Source of the DNA: Candidatus Uhrbacteria bacterium
GTDB taxonomy: Bacteria > Patescibacteriota > Patescibacteriia > UBA9934
Assembly (NCBI GenBank): GCA_943359525.1
Contig: CALRHV010000003.1
Location: forward strand, 521-64,520
Direction: 5' to 3'
DNA length: 64,000 nucleotides
The notes under the pieces were generated by a model. That model saw only the letters and a list, made by a program, of their open reading frames with translations, was not told the DNA's origin and made no database searches. Position 1 is the first letter of the stretch, and each line of letters begins with the position of its first letter. The position numbers and the translations under genes were made by a program. This document shows, piece after piece, positions 9,988 through 18,785 of this stretch.

Positions 9988-11142
9988 TTATGATCTTTTT
10001 GTGATCTCTCTCAGTGTTTCAAGCACGATCGCTCCAGTTTTCTCCCACGAGAACTGTTGCGCGCGTTCGATGCCTCGTGCTCGGAGAACGCTTTGAAGCT
10101 TTGGGCCGTGCGGTTCGTTGAGAAGTTGGTGGAGCGCCTGGACGATGTCGGTAATATTGAGTGGATCAACGTAAAGTGCGGCATTGCCGGCAACGTCGGG
10201 GAGTGAAGAAGAGATGCTGGTGATGACCGGCGTTCCGCACGCCATGGCTTCAAGGACAGGAAGGCCGAATCCTTCGTAGAACGATGGGAAAAGAAGCGCC
10301 TTTGCGCCGCGAATCACCGCGGCTTTGTGTTTTTCTGGGACGTACGCCACTTCACGAATATCGTCTCGATACGGTGACGCGGCAAGCGCAGCGTCGATAT
10401 GGCGTGTTTTCCAACCCTTTGCACCAGCGAGCACCAGAGGAATTGCCTGTCCGCCCTGCTGTCGGAATATGGTGTATGCCGTAACAACGCTATCGATGTT
10501 CTTTCGCGGTTCACGTGTGGCAAGCGCAAGAAGATACGGTCGATTCAGATCGTATGCTGCCCGGTACGATCGATCGGATGACTGCTCACGTGGACAATAC
10601 ACATCATGGTCCACTCCAAGACTCGCGACCGTGATTCGGTCTGAGGGAATGGTGTAGTATTCGGTCGCATCGAGCTTGCTATGTTCGGAGACGGCGATGA
10701 CGCGCTTTGCCTCTTTAAAGACTTGCTCTTCATTCGTGACCCGAGCTCGCAGATGATCTTTGAGCGTGAAAAAGTTTGGAACAGTGCGGAGCGCAGCATC
10801 GTGAAAGATGACGGCGTAGGGAAGCTTCGTCTTTAAAAGATGCGCGTTCGGAAAGAGCCAGACATCTGGTTTCTCAGGGAGGAATCGCTCCATCGTCGGC
10901 CCAAATGGCAATGCCCAGAGCATGCTCGCAATCTTATTTGGAATCGTGACCGGCGAAAGAACAATATTGTGTTCACGAAATGCTGGAAGATTCATTACTG
11001 TGTCTTCCGTGCCTGTTGCGAAGAGATAGAACGTATCATTTGGTGCCTGCGCCGCCATTGTTCGGACAAGTGATTCGGTCACAATGCCTACTCCAGTTTT
11101 ATGGGGCGCGGTGAGTGATCGGATATCAATCGCGATCTTCAT
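9988..11142 (-). CDS. glycosyltransferase family 4
   Basis: MKIAIDIRSL N-terminus; 'FYEGFGLPVLEAMACGTPVI' E-x7-E motif. Confidence 0.8.
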   Translation of the reverse strand: MKIAIDIRSLTAPHKTGVGIVTESLVRTMAAQAPNDTFYLFATGTEDTVMNLPAFREHNIVLSPVTIPNKIASMLWALPFGPTMERFLPEKPDVWLFPNAHLLKTKLPYAVIFHDAALRTVPNFFTLKDHLRARVTNEEQVFKEAKRVIAVSEHSKLDATEYYTIPSDRITVASLGVDHDVYCPREQSSDRSYRAAYDLNRPYLLALATREPRKNIDSVVTAYTIFRQQGGQAIPLVLAGAKGWKTRHIDAALAASPYRDDIREVAYVPEKHKAAVIRGAKALLFPSFYEGFGLPVLEAMACGTPVITSISSSLPDVAGNAALYVDPLNITDIVQALHQLLNEPHGPKLQSVLRARGIERAQQFSWEKTGAIVLETLREITKRS

Positions 11143-11148
11143 GTCCGT

Positions 11149-12243
11149 TTATACGTTCTTTAATTCCCACGCTTTCGTCACGACGTCGTGCATTGCTTTT
11201 CGAAAATTCGCAAGCGAAAACTGCTCTGCGTATGCCTTGGTCGCGTCAGGATTGAAGATTTTCTCATCAAAATGGAGAATCGTATCCGCAAGCGCCTCCC
11301 ATGTCTGTTCTTCAAAGAACGTTCCGGTGACACCATCAACAACTGTTTCCGTCGCTCCGCCTTTTTTGAAAGCGATAACCGGTCGGCCAGCAGCCATCGA
11401 TTCAACTGCGGTTATGCCGAAATCTTCTTCGTGGGGATGAATAAATGCGATGGCGTTTGCGAAGAGCCTCGCACGTTCGTCGTCCGTAACTCGTCCAACA
11501 AAGCTAATGTTGTTGTTCGCCATGGCGCGGAGATTCGCCTCTTCTGGGCCGCTACCGAAGACAATAAGCGGAATGCCAAGACGATTAAACGCTTCAACAA
11601 CAAGATCGTATCGCTTGTAGGACACAAGACGACCGCCAATGAGGAATGCGGTTTTTGGCGCTGAACTGATCGAGAAATCCTCGGTACTGACCGGCGGGTG
11701 GATGACGACGCTGTCTTTGCCGTAATACTTCTTAATACGCTGGCGAACAGTTTCAGAGTTCGCAACGAAGATATCCACGCGATCTGCAGCAAGCCTGTCC
11801 CAGCTGCGCAAGATACTTTGGAGAATCGGCAGAAGAGCCTTCACGAATCCCGGGGCACGAAGTTCGTCCACATAGCTCGTTGCATCGCTCCACAAATATC
11901 GTGTTGGGGTGTGGCAGTAACAGATATGAATGGCGTTTGCGTTCGTGACGATCCCTTTCGCAAAACTACTCGCGCTTGAAATGACAACGTCGTAGTCCTG
12001 GAGTGGGTAATGTTCCGTGGCAACGGGCATGAGGGGAAGGAGCCATCGCATGCGACGAATGGCACCAGGGATTTTTTGGAGGAATGACGTGCGAATGTCT
12101 TTGTGACCAAACACGGGATCCATCGCGGATGCGTCGTAGAGCAGCGTGTATGTTGGCGCAAGCGGCCAAAGACTTTGGAGAACTTCAAGCACTCGCTCTG
12201 CTCCACCAAGTTGCGTCAGATGATCGTGGACAAGAGCAACCCG
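11149..12243 (-). CDS. glycosyltransferase family 4
   Basis: 'MRVALVHDHLTQLGGAERV' N-terminus and 'HEEDFGITAVESMAAGRPVIA'; alternative start at 12261. Confidence 0.8.
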   Translation of the reverse strand, partial: RVALVHDHLTQLGGAERVLEVLQSLWPLAPTYTLLYDASAMDPVFGHKDIRTSFLQKIPGAIRRMRWLLPLMPVATEHYPLQDYDVVISSASSFAKGIVTNANAIHICYCHTPTRYLWSDATSYVDELRAPGFVKALLPILQSILRSWDRLAADRVDIFVANSETVRQRIKKYYGKDSVVIHPPVSTEDFSISSAPKTAFLIGGRLVSYKRYDLVVEAFNRLGIPLIVFGSGPEEANLRAMANNNISFVGRVTDDERARLFANAIAFIHPHEEDFGITAVESMAAGRPVIAFKKGGATETVVDGVTGTFFEEQTWEALADTILHFDEKIFNPDATKAYAEQFSLANFRKAMHDVVTKAWELKNV

Positions 12244-12264
12244 CATAATCTCGTTGAACAAGTG

Positions 12265-13665
12265 TTAATAGGCTCCACTCCTGAAAAGCACGGCTAAAGG
12301 CGTTTTGACCACAATGACGAGGTCCAGCCAAGGGCTCCAGTTCTCAATATAGTACATATCTAGTCGGACTTCGTCGTCGAAGTCAAGCGATGCCCGGCCA
12401 CTGACTTGAGCCATGCCGGTAATGCCTGGTTTGATGGTGAGGACTTTTCTTTGGTGCGGCTTGTATAATGCGACTTCTTCTGGAAGGTGTGGACGTGGCC
12501 CCACAAGACTCATGCTGCCTATAAGAACGGAATAAAACTGCGGAATTTCGTCTAAACTCCAGTTTCGGATGAACTTTCCAACGCGGGTGACTCTTGGATC
12601 ATGTTGCAGTTTAAAAAGTGGCGTTCCTTCGCGTTCGTTGCCGTAGGTTTTCAAAAATTTAGGATCCGATCGGAGCGCATGGGCACCCTGAACCATCGAT
12701 CGGAACTTCAGGAACGAGAATTCTTTGCCGCCTTGGCCAACGCGAGGACGGGAGAAGAAGACCGATCCTGGATTCTCAATAACGATGGCAAGCGCAATGA
12801 TGACTTGCAGGGGGAGGGTGATGATGATGAGTGCGCTTGATGCAACGATATCGAAAATGCGCTTATAGATTGCGCCCCAACCGTCGAGTGGCGTTTTTGG
12901 CACTTCAATCACTGGCTGCTCGGCAAATGTGTGCATGATTGGCCGTAGCGTGCTGCCGGCAAACAAATCGGCGCTGTACAAAAACGTGCAGTGTTCGATA
13001 TCGGTAAACACTTTAATTGCCGTGACGTCAACGCGAGACGCGTCGGGGTCCGCGAGCACGATGGCATCGAGTTCATCGTTTTTTTTGAGATCGAGAAGTC
13101 GGTCGCGACTCTCTGGGGTGAATTGGGCAATATGAGCAACGACGCGGTAGCCGACGCTTGGATGCGTTTCAAAGAAGCGCTTCAGTTCGTTCCCGCTTTT
13201 TGTTTTCCCAATAATCACAACGGAATGGACGCCGATGTCGAATCTTCGAAGGGATCGTTGGAATATCCGGAGGAGTACGCGAATGGTGAGGACGAATACA
13301 ATTGCAAGGATCCATGTAGCCAGCACGATGAATCGGGATTCAAAGAGCGCACGGGAAAAGAAGGCGACTGCGAGGATGAGTGCGATGCTTGTAGATACGC
13401 CGGTGATCACTCGAGTCATTTCAGATGCTATTCGACGAGGATGGATGACATACAAGCCAGACACCGCGAAAATCGCCATGGTCACAAGCGCCATTGGGAG
13501 AATGACGCTGATGTATTGCTCAAACGACAGCGCGAACAGAACCGGTTTTATAGAGGTGAAGATCGAGGTAAAGCGGAGTGAGTATGCCGCCATTGCCGCA
13601 GAAACGAGTGCAAGATAGTCGAGCGGAATGAGGAGTGACGCAAATGCTAAATCTGCTCGCTTCAT
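12265..13665 (-). CDS. polyprenyl-phosphate sugar phosphotransferase (WbaP/bacterial sugar transferase family, priming enzyme)
   Basis: C-terminal catalytic block 'KRIFDIVASSALIIITLPL...FSFLKFRSM...LFKLQHDPRVTRVGKFIRNWSLDEIPQF...LVGPRP'; about five N-terminal TM helices. Confidence 0.8.
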   Translation of the reverse strand: MKRADLAFASLLIPLDYLALVSAAMAAYSLRFTSIFTSIKPVLFALSFEQYISVILPMALVTMAIFAVSGLYVIHPRRIASEMTRVITGVSTSIALILAVAFFSRALFESRFIVLATWILAIVFVLTIRVLLRIFQRSLRRFDIGVHSVVIIGKTKSGNELKRFFETHPSVGYRVVAHIAQFTPESRDRLLDLKKNDELDAIVLADPDASRVDVTAIKVFTDIEHCTFLYSADLFAGSTLRPIMHTFAEQPVIEVPKTPLDGWGAIYKRIFDIVASSALIIITLPLQVIIALAIVIENPGSVFFSRPRVGQGGKEFSFLKFRSMVQGAHALRSDPKFLKTYGNEREGTPLFKLQHDPRVTRVGKFIRNWSLDEIPQFYSVLIGSMSLVGPRPHLPEEVALYKPHQRKVLTIKPGITGMAQVSGRASLDFDDEVRLDMYYIENWSPWLDLVIVVKTPLAVLFRSGAY

Positions 13666-14065
13666 ATGGAAGTAGTTTACACCAGAAACGAAAATCACGA
13701 CCGTCAGGCCGTGATGTTCGATATAGCTTTCCGTTGGGGAGTACTGGTAAGCCGAATTTTGTCATAGCGCACATTTCCCACCATGGGAATGTTTGCCGGG
13801 ACGATCATCTCTCTGTGCGAGCGACCAATCTTGCTCTTGCACCAGCGTGGGTTTGCCACGTCTCCATGTTGCCATGGGACGAACGATGAAGCATGCGTTT
13901 TGCAACGACACACACCACCGCACTTTTCACTTTTGGTCAGACCGAAGTCTGATTTGTATGGTCTCTGTGGTACTTTCCCTCGGTTTAAGCATCGTATTTC
14001 AGGGCGATGGTGCGCCGATTCTGAATCGTTATGCCGTATGCCGGGTTGCCGTTAGCAACACACTT

Positions 14066-14200
14066 GGGCAGAACTTCCTCATTTTGCCCATTTTCGACTC
14101 AAGTCATCAGAAACTTCTTCAACGTACGTTCGAGTACGTCTCAGAAGTTTCTTCGACTTTCATCGAAACTGGACGAAAATGAGAAAGTTCTGCAGACACA
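14066..14200. repeat. Copy A of a roughly 135-nt duplicated element (about 80% identical to 26076-26210) containing an imperfect palindrome; preceded by a decayed tRNA-Val-like remnant (about 13995-14065)
   Basis: Aligned by eye: ccattttcgactca...tcagaaa...tcaacgtac...gagtacg...ttcatcgaaactgg.cgaaaat...agttct shared by both copies. Confidence 0.5.
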
Positions 14201-14420
14201 TCACATTGCTGTGACATGGGTGTTCGGACTTTCCTCTCTGCGCAGCCCCAGTGGAGCCATGCCGAGCGACCGCCTTATATCCCCAGCGGAAGGCAAGAAT
14301 AGCAGAAAAATGGGGAGAAGTAAAGAAAAGAGTTGCTATAAAATTCGAATCCCCCCGATCTGCGCGTGGAGATCGAGGGGCGTGGGTGCGGCGGCTGGCT
14401 GTTGCCGCCGCACCGGGTGG

Positions 14421-15008
14421 CTAGTTGTAAAGCCCCGTCTCGTTGTTCTCGAGGCCATCTTGGAAGGCTTCCGCGATCAGATCGCGGCCACGGAAGGCGG
14501 GGAGCGTCGCCACCTCTTCGGTTTCGTCGGCGCAGTCCACATGCTGGTTCTGGAAGCGATCCTTTCCCTCGGCGGTCCGGCGTTTGCCCTTACGAGCGAT
14601 GCGGCGTCCATCGTCGAGCTTGGACGCGTTGGCGTAGATGTCTCGCGCCGTGGACATGGTGCTGTCGATGATCCACCGGGTTTCGGTATCGACCTTCTCG
14701 GGGCGTTCGCTGAGGAGCAGCAGCACCTCAAGGAGGCGCAGACGAGTGGTTTCGAGGGCCTGCCGAGCGTCCTTACTGCGTACTCGTTCTTTCATCTTGC
14801 GAATGCGGCGGTGATTGGCCGCTGCGATGCGTTCGAGGCGCGAAACGGTGTCTTTGCCGTTCGTTCCACGAGAGACGCGATGAGCATAGCAGTGGAATCC
14901 GGTACCGTGACCGGTGTTGACGTTACTCTGCGGAGAAATCAAGTGCGCTCCTGTTTCTTGTGCTTCTGACGCCATTCCCGGCTGGGAACGGTCGCAAAAT
15001 AGTGCCAC
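14421..15008 (-). CDS. hypothetical protein in a GC-rich island
   Basis: ORF with markedly higher GC than neighbours; a strong GC hairpin (GGTGCGGCGGC...GCCGCCGCACC, 14383-14415) lies just downstream; the opposite-strand ORF 14031-14969 is also open, so strand is uncertain. Confidence 0.3.
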   Translation of the reverse strand: MALFCDRSQPGMASEAQETGAHLISPQSNVNTGHGTGFHCYAHRVSRGTNGKDTVSRLERIAAANHRRIRKMKERVRSKDARQALETTRLRLLEVLLLLSERPEKVDTETRWIIDSTMSTARDIYANASKLDDGRRIARKGKRRTAEGKDRFQNQHVDCADETEEVATLPAFRGRDLIAEAFQDGLENNETGLYN

Positions 15009-15143
15009 ACTTTTTCGTTTTCGTCAAAGAATATACGAAATTCAAAACCCCCAGGATCATCGAGAAATCGATAATCCTGGGGGTTGGTCGAGGCACTGCG
15101 TAGCGCCTCGACCCGTGGTCACCATGTCGGAACGTTGCCGAAC

Positions 15144-15670
15144 CTAGTGGTGCCCGCCGCCTCCGCCGCCAGCCGGCTTGGGTGCAGCGTGACTGCTGCC
15201 TCCTTTTCCGCCGGAGAAGGATACGACGAGGAAGATGAAGGTTGCACTTGCTAGGCCCCAGACAAGCTCCGGGGTCATGACGTGGCTGCTGATCCAGTAC
15301 ACCAGCGTGTCTAGGATGCACCAGGAGTAGAGCATGACCACGGAACCAATCATGAATCCGACGAGATGCTTGTCCGGTGGACAGCCGTCCACAACTTCTG
15401 TGGGATCAGGAGAACGTTGGCACCGAAGTGCAATACGGTCTCGATGATGCCCCAGAAGAAGTTGGCGAAGCCCACTAGGATGTATCGGACGGGGCCGATG
15501 CCGTGGAGACCGAGGTCGTTCGAGGGGTTGTGGAAGAAGACGCTAGCAATCATCGCGAGGATGATTACGATTGCGGCCTTTTTGTGCTTCCAGCCGAGCT
15601 CGATGACTCGGAAGGGCAAAAGCGTCCACCACTTCGCCCAGAAGTACGGAAAGAGGAAGAAGTTGATCAT
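15144..15670 (-). pseudogene. multi-TM membrane protein split into two overlapping ORFs (15350-15670 and 15144-15392), a possible frameshift; Gly-rich C-terminus
   Basis: Two same-strand ORFs overlap by 43 nt in different frames; both halves are hydrophobic/TM-like. Confidence 0.3.
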
Positions 15671-15709
15671 TGCGAACTCGGGAATGGATGTTGAGAAGGA
15701 TCTAGGTTG

Positions 15710-16042
15710 TCACTGCTTCAGAACCCGCGACCAAACGCTGGGCTCCTTGGCCGCAGAAGCGCGACGGTTCATCCACGGCGTCACGATCACTTTCTTGATC
15801 CACCGACACATGGGCCGGTAGATCAGACGGTGGAGCGCAAAGTCGTAGAGGATGATTCCGAGCACTGCTGAGAGCACGAACGCTGCGGCAGCGGTCGGTT
15901 CCGTTAGTGCGAGGAGCCGATAGTCCGGGTGGCTGAACGCCGCCACGGTGTACGGAATCAACCCGAGGGCCGATCCGATGACGACAGCGACGAACGCCGG
16001 GAGGAAATCGGAGAATACGCGAGTGAAAGACGGACGGGACAT
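15710..16042 (-). CDS. small two-TM membrane protein, hypothetical
   Basis: ORF track; two hydrophobic helices; GC-rich. Confidence 0.35.
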   Translation of the reverse strand: MSRPSFTRVFSDFLPAFVAVVIGSALGLIPYTVAAFSHPDYRLLALTEPTAAAAFVLSAVLGIILYDFALHRLIYRPMCRWIKKVIVTPWMNRRASAAKEPSVWSRVLKQ

Positions 16043-16163
16043 GAGAGCCTGCTTGGTTGAAGGGAGAACTGGAGCACACCGAACACAAAAGTATAGCAGA
16101 AAAACGCCATTTTGTCAATCCAAAAAGGCGCTTTCTACGGCTAATACTAGCCAATACTTTTGA

Positions 16164-17144
16164 TTACAACACTAGGCCCATGTGTGCTTTTGCGAGCTGG
16201 ATTTTCACGTTTGCCTGTTTTGCTGCTTTTTCTGATCCTTTGGCTAAAATCGCAATTAACGCGAGCTCGTCAACGAGGAGTTCTGTCATTTTCTGTTGAA
16301 TTGGAGACAGAAAATCAATGAGCACAGTTGCGGTCGCATCTTTGAATGCCTTGTTCCCTTGGCTATCGAATTCTGCAGCGATATCGGCAATGGATCGATC
16401 AGTCGAAAGCGAATGAATCGTGAGTAAGTTCTTCAGTCCAGGTCGCGAATCGTCAGCCGTAATGCCGGGAAGGGAATCGGTGACGGCAGCGCAGATCTTC
16501 TTCGCAATTGTATCAGCGTCGTCGGTAAGCGAAATGTAGTTCTTCGCACTCGCCGCACTTTTACTCATCTTCTTCTCTGGATTATCGAGCCCGAGAATGC
16601 GTGCGCCTTCGGATCGAATAATCGGCTTCGGCACCACAAACGTCTCACCAAAATCACGATTGAATCGCTCGGCGAGGTCGCGAGTAAGCTCCACGTGTTG
16701 CTTTTGATCTTCACCGACCGGAACGGCGTCGATGTCGTGAAGAAGGATGTCAGCAGCCATCAAGATCGGATACGTGAAAAGGCCGACAGAGACGTTTTCC
16801 TTCTTTACCAGTGCCTTGTCCTTGTATTGCGTCATTCGTTCAAGCTCGCTCATGCGACCGACCGTCTGCAGGAGCCATCCGAGTTCGGCGTGTGCCGGGA
16901 CTTGGGATTGCTGGAAGAGGACAGTTTTTTTAGGATCGATTCCTGCGGCGATGTAGGCGGCTGCAAGAAAGAGAATGTTCGATCGGAGCTTCGCTGGATC
17001 TTGCGGCACAGTAATCGCGTGCAAATCCACGATCATCATCGTTAGATCGTACGTTTTTTGCATTTCTACTGCTGGCATGAGTGCACCAAAAAGGTTTCCA
17101 ATGTGCAGGGCGTTGGTTGGCTGAATTCCGGTGAGTGCTCGCAT
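16164..17144 (-). CDS. trpS: tryptophan--tRNA ligase
   Basis: Class I HIGH-like 'TGIQPTNALHIGNLFG' and 'KMSKS' motifs; 326 aa. Confidence 0.9.
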   Translation of the reverse strand: MRALTGIQPTNALHIGNLFGALMPAVEMQKTYDLTMMIVDLHAITVPQDPAKLRSNILFLAAAYIAAGIDPKKTVLFQQSQVPAHAELGWLLQTVGRMSELERMTQYKDKALVKKENVSVGLFTYPILMAADILLHDIDAVPVGEDQKQHVELTRDLAERFNRDFGETFVVPKPIIRSEGARILGLDNPEKKMSKSAASAKNYISLTDDADTIAKKICAAVTDSLPGITADDSRPGLKNLLTIHSLSTDRSIADIAAEFDSQGNKAFKDATATVLIDFLSPIQQKMTELLVDELALIAILAKGSEKAAKQANVKIQLAKAHMGLVL

Positions 17145-17221
17145 ATGAGTGAAGTATACGGGGCAAAATAGGCAGTGGGCAACGCAGGCGTGGGGATGGC
17201 GGTTGATAATTTGGCGAAGAT

Positions 17222-18628
17222 ATGCTAAAATTACGACCTATGTATCAACGCCTTCTCTCGGTATTCCTTTTGACTTCGCTCTGCGTTCCGTTTTTTCCGC
17301 AACACGCATCTGCTTCTTCTGCTTGGCCGGCAGGCGCAGGAATAGATATCGGTTTGGTTTCGCTTGCGGTAACGGTGTCGGCGTTTGACGCTTCCGGTTT
17401 GGTGTACGACTCCATACTCGGCCAGCTCATTGGGATTGGCGACGACGGCGATATTGTTACGATGAACACCGATGGGTCTGGTGTGAGCGCATTTTCCGTG
17501 TCAGGTGATCCGGAAGACGTAACGGTCGCTGTTGAAGGTTCCAATATCATTTATCTTTCTGATGAAAACGCGGGAACAGTTTCCGCATTTGATCTTTCAT
17601 CCGGAGCGTTGACTGGAGCGTCTTGGAGCGTCTCTGCGTATATCAGTACCGCAGCAAAATTGGGGATCGAGGCAATGACCTTCGTGCCGAACGGATACCA
17701 TCCGTATGCTGACGGCACGTCGGGCGGACTTTTTTACGTTGGTTCCCAATATAATGGCGACATCGCAGTTTTAGATATTGATACATCAACAAGCGGATCA
17801 GTAGCGCTTATTGATACCATTTCGACCGGCCGATCGGATCTTTCTGGGTTGAACTGGAATAGCGACACGCAAATCTTGTACGCCGAATACGATGGATATG
17901 ATTTGTTAGCGGAATTGGAATCCGATGGAACGGTTGTGAATGAATATGCAATGACTTCTGGCCTTAATCAGGAAGGGATTACTGTTGTGCCAGACTGCGC
18001 TCTTGGCGTCGCTGATGTGTATGTCGCAGACGATGGTGCTCCGAACGTGTGGAAATATACGGGATATCCGATTGATACAGATACGGTGTATGCCGATGGT
18101 GATGGCGACGGACTTGGAGACTTTACGTTCACGGCGCTGGTTTGCGTCGGGGGATCATCCGCCGGATACGTTTCGAATAGTGACGATACGAACGATGCTA
18201 TTCCAAATGCTGGCGTAGAAATTGGTGGCGACGGAAAAGACAATGATGGTGATGGCGATATTGACGAATACAACACCATCGCATCGAATGGCGCTCATCC
18301 ATATTATTCCACGTTAAGCGCATCGGACACGTCGGCATACGGAACGGTAATAACGTCCCTGAAGGTTGTGCGAAAAACCGGAATGCTTCTCGTGACGTTT
18401 AGCGATGCTTCTGTGTATGCGTATTCCGTGTGGAGTGGCGGATGGATGAGTAAGCCGATGATAATATCGGCATCGAGCGTGAAGGGCTCCGCGTATGTCC
18501 TGGTGTCCTACGACGGCTTCTCATGGCGGATTTATAATGGATATACTGGAGTACTTGTGTCGAGCAAAACGAGATTCATGCTAAAAACTGCAGCGCAGAC
18601 CTGGGCGATTGGCGTTCTTGGTCTTTAG
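17222..18628 (+). CDS. secreted Asp/Gly-rich protein with predicted signal peptide and putative Ca-binding DxDxDG motifs
   Basis: Signal peptide 'LLSVFLLTSLCVPFFPQHASA'; 'DGDGDGLGDF' and 'GGDGKDNDGDGDIDEYN' motifs. Confidence 0.5.
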   Translation: MLKLRPMYQRLLSVFLLTSLCVPFFPQHASASSAWPAGAGIDIGLVSLAVTVSAFDASGLVYDSILGQLIGIGDDGDIVTMNTDGSGVSAFSVSGDPEDVTVAVEGSNIIYLSDENAGTVSAFDLSSGALTGASWSVSAYISTAAKLGIEAMTFVPNGYHPYADGTSGGLFYVGSQYNGDIAVLDIDTSTSGSVALIDTISTGRSDLSGLNWNSDTQILYAEYDGYDLLAELESDGTVVNEYAMTSGLNQEGITVVPDCALGVADVYVADDGAPNVWKYTGYPIDTDTVYADGDGDGLGDFTFTALVCVGGSSAGYVSNSDDTNDAIPNAGVEIGGDGKDNDGDGDIDEYNTIASNGAHPYYSTLSASDTSAYGTVITSLKVVRKTGMLLVTFSDASVYAYSVWSGGWMSKPMIISASSVKGSAYVLVSYDGFSWRIYNGYTGVLVSSKTRFMLKTAAQTWAIGVLGL

Positions 18629-18662
18629 GAAGAAATCCTGTACGATTCGGCGTGTTCGTCCT

Positions 18663-18749
18663 GCGGATGTGGCGGAATTGGTATACGCGTAGGTCTCAGA
18701 AGCCTATGCCCTTACAGGCTTGAGGGTTCGAGTCCCTCCATCCGCACCA
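18663..18749 (+). tRNA. tRNA-Leu (anticodon CAG), type II with long variable arm
   Basis: Hand-folded: acceptor GCGGATG/CATCCGC, 3-bp D-stem, anticodon stem TAGGT/GCCTA, loop CTCAGAA, 15-nt variable arm, T-arm GAGGG-TTCGAGT-CCCTC, encoded CCA. Confidence 0.85.
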
Positions 18750-18750
18750 T

Positions 18751-18785
18751 CAAAAAGAAGTCCCGAAAGGACTTCTTTTTGATGG
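18751..18785. terminator. bidirectional rho-independent terminator AAAAAGAAGTCC-cgaaa-GGACTTCTTTTT
   Basis: Perfect hairpin flanked by A/T runs, between tRNA-Leu (+) and the convergent SBP gene (-). Confidence 0.55.

Noticed and set aside
14031-14969. 312-aa + strand ORF overlapping the 14421-15008 minus-strand ORF
   Set aside because: Both strands are open because the region is GC-rich. The minus-strand ORF was preferred because it is co-directional with the downstream membrane-protein ORFs and has the GC hairpin just 3' of its stop. Neither has recognisable motifs, so confidence is low either way.
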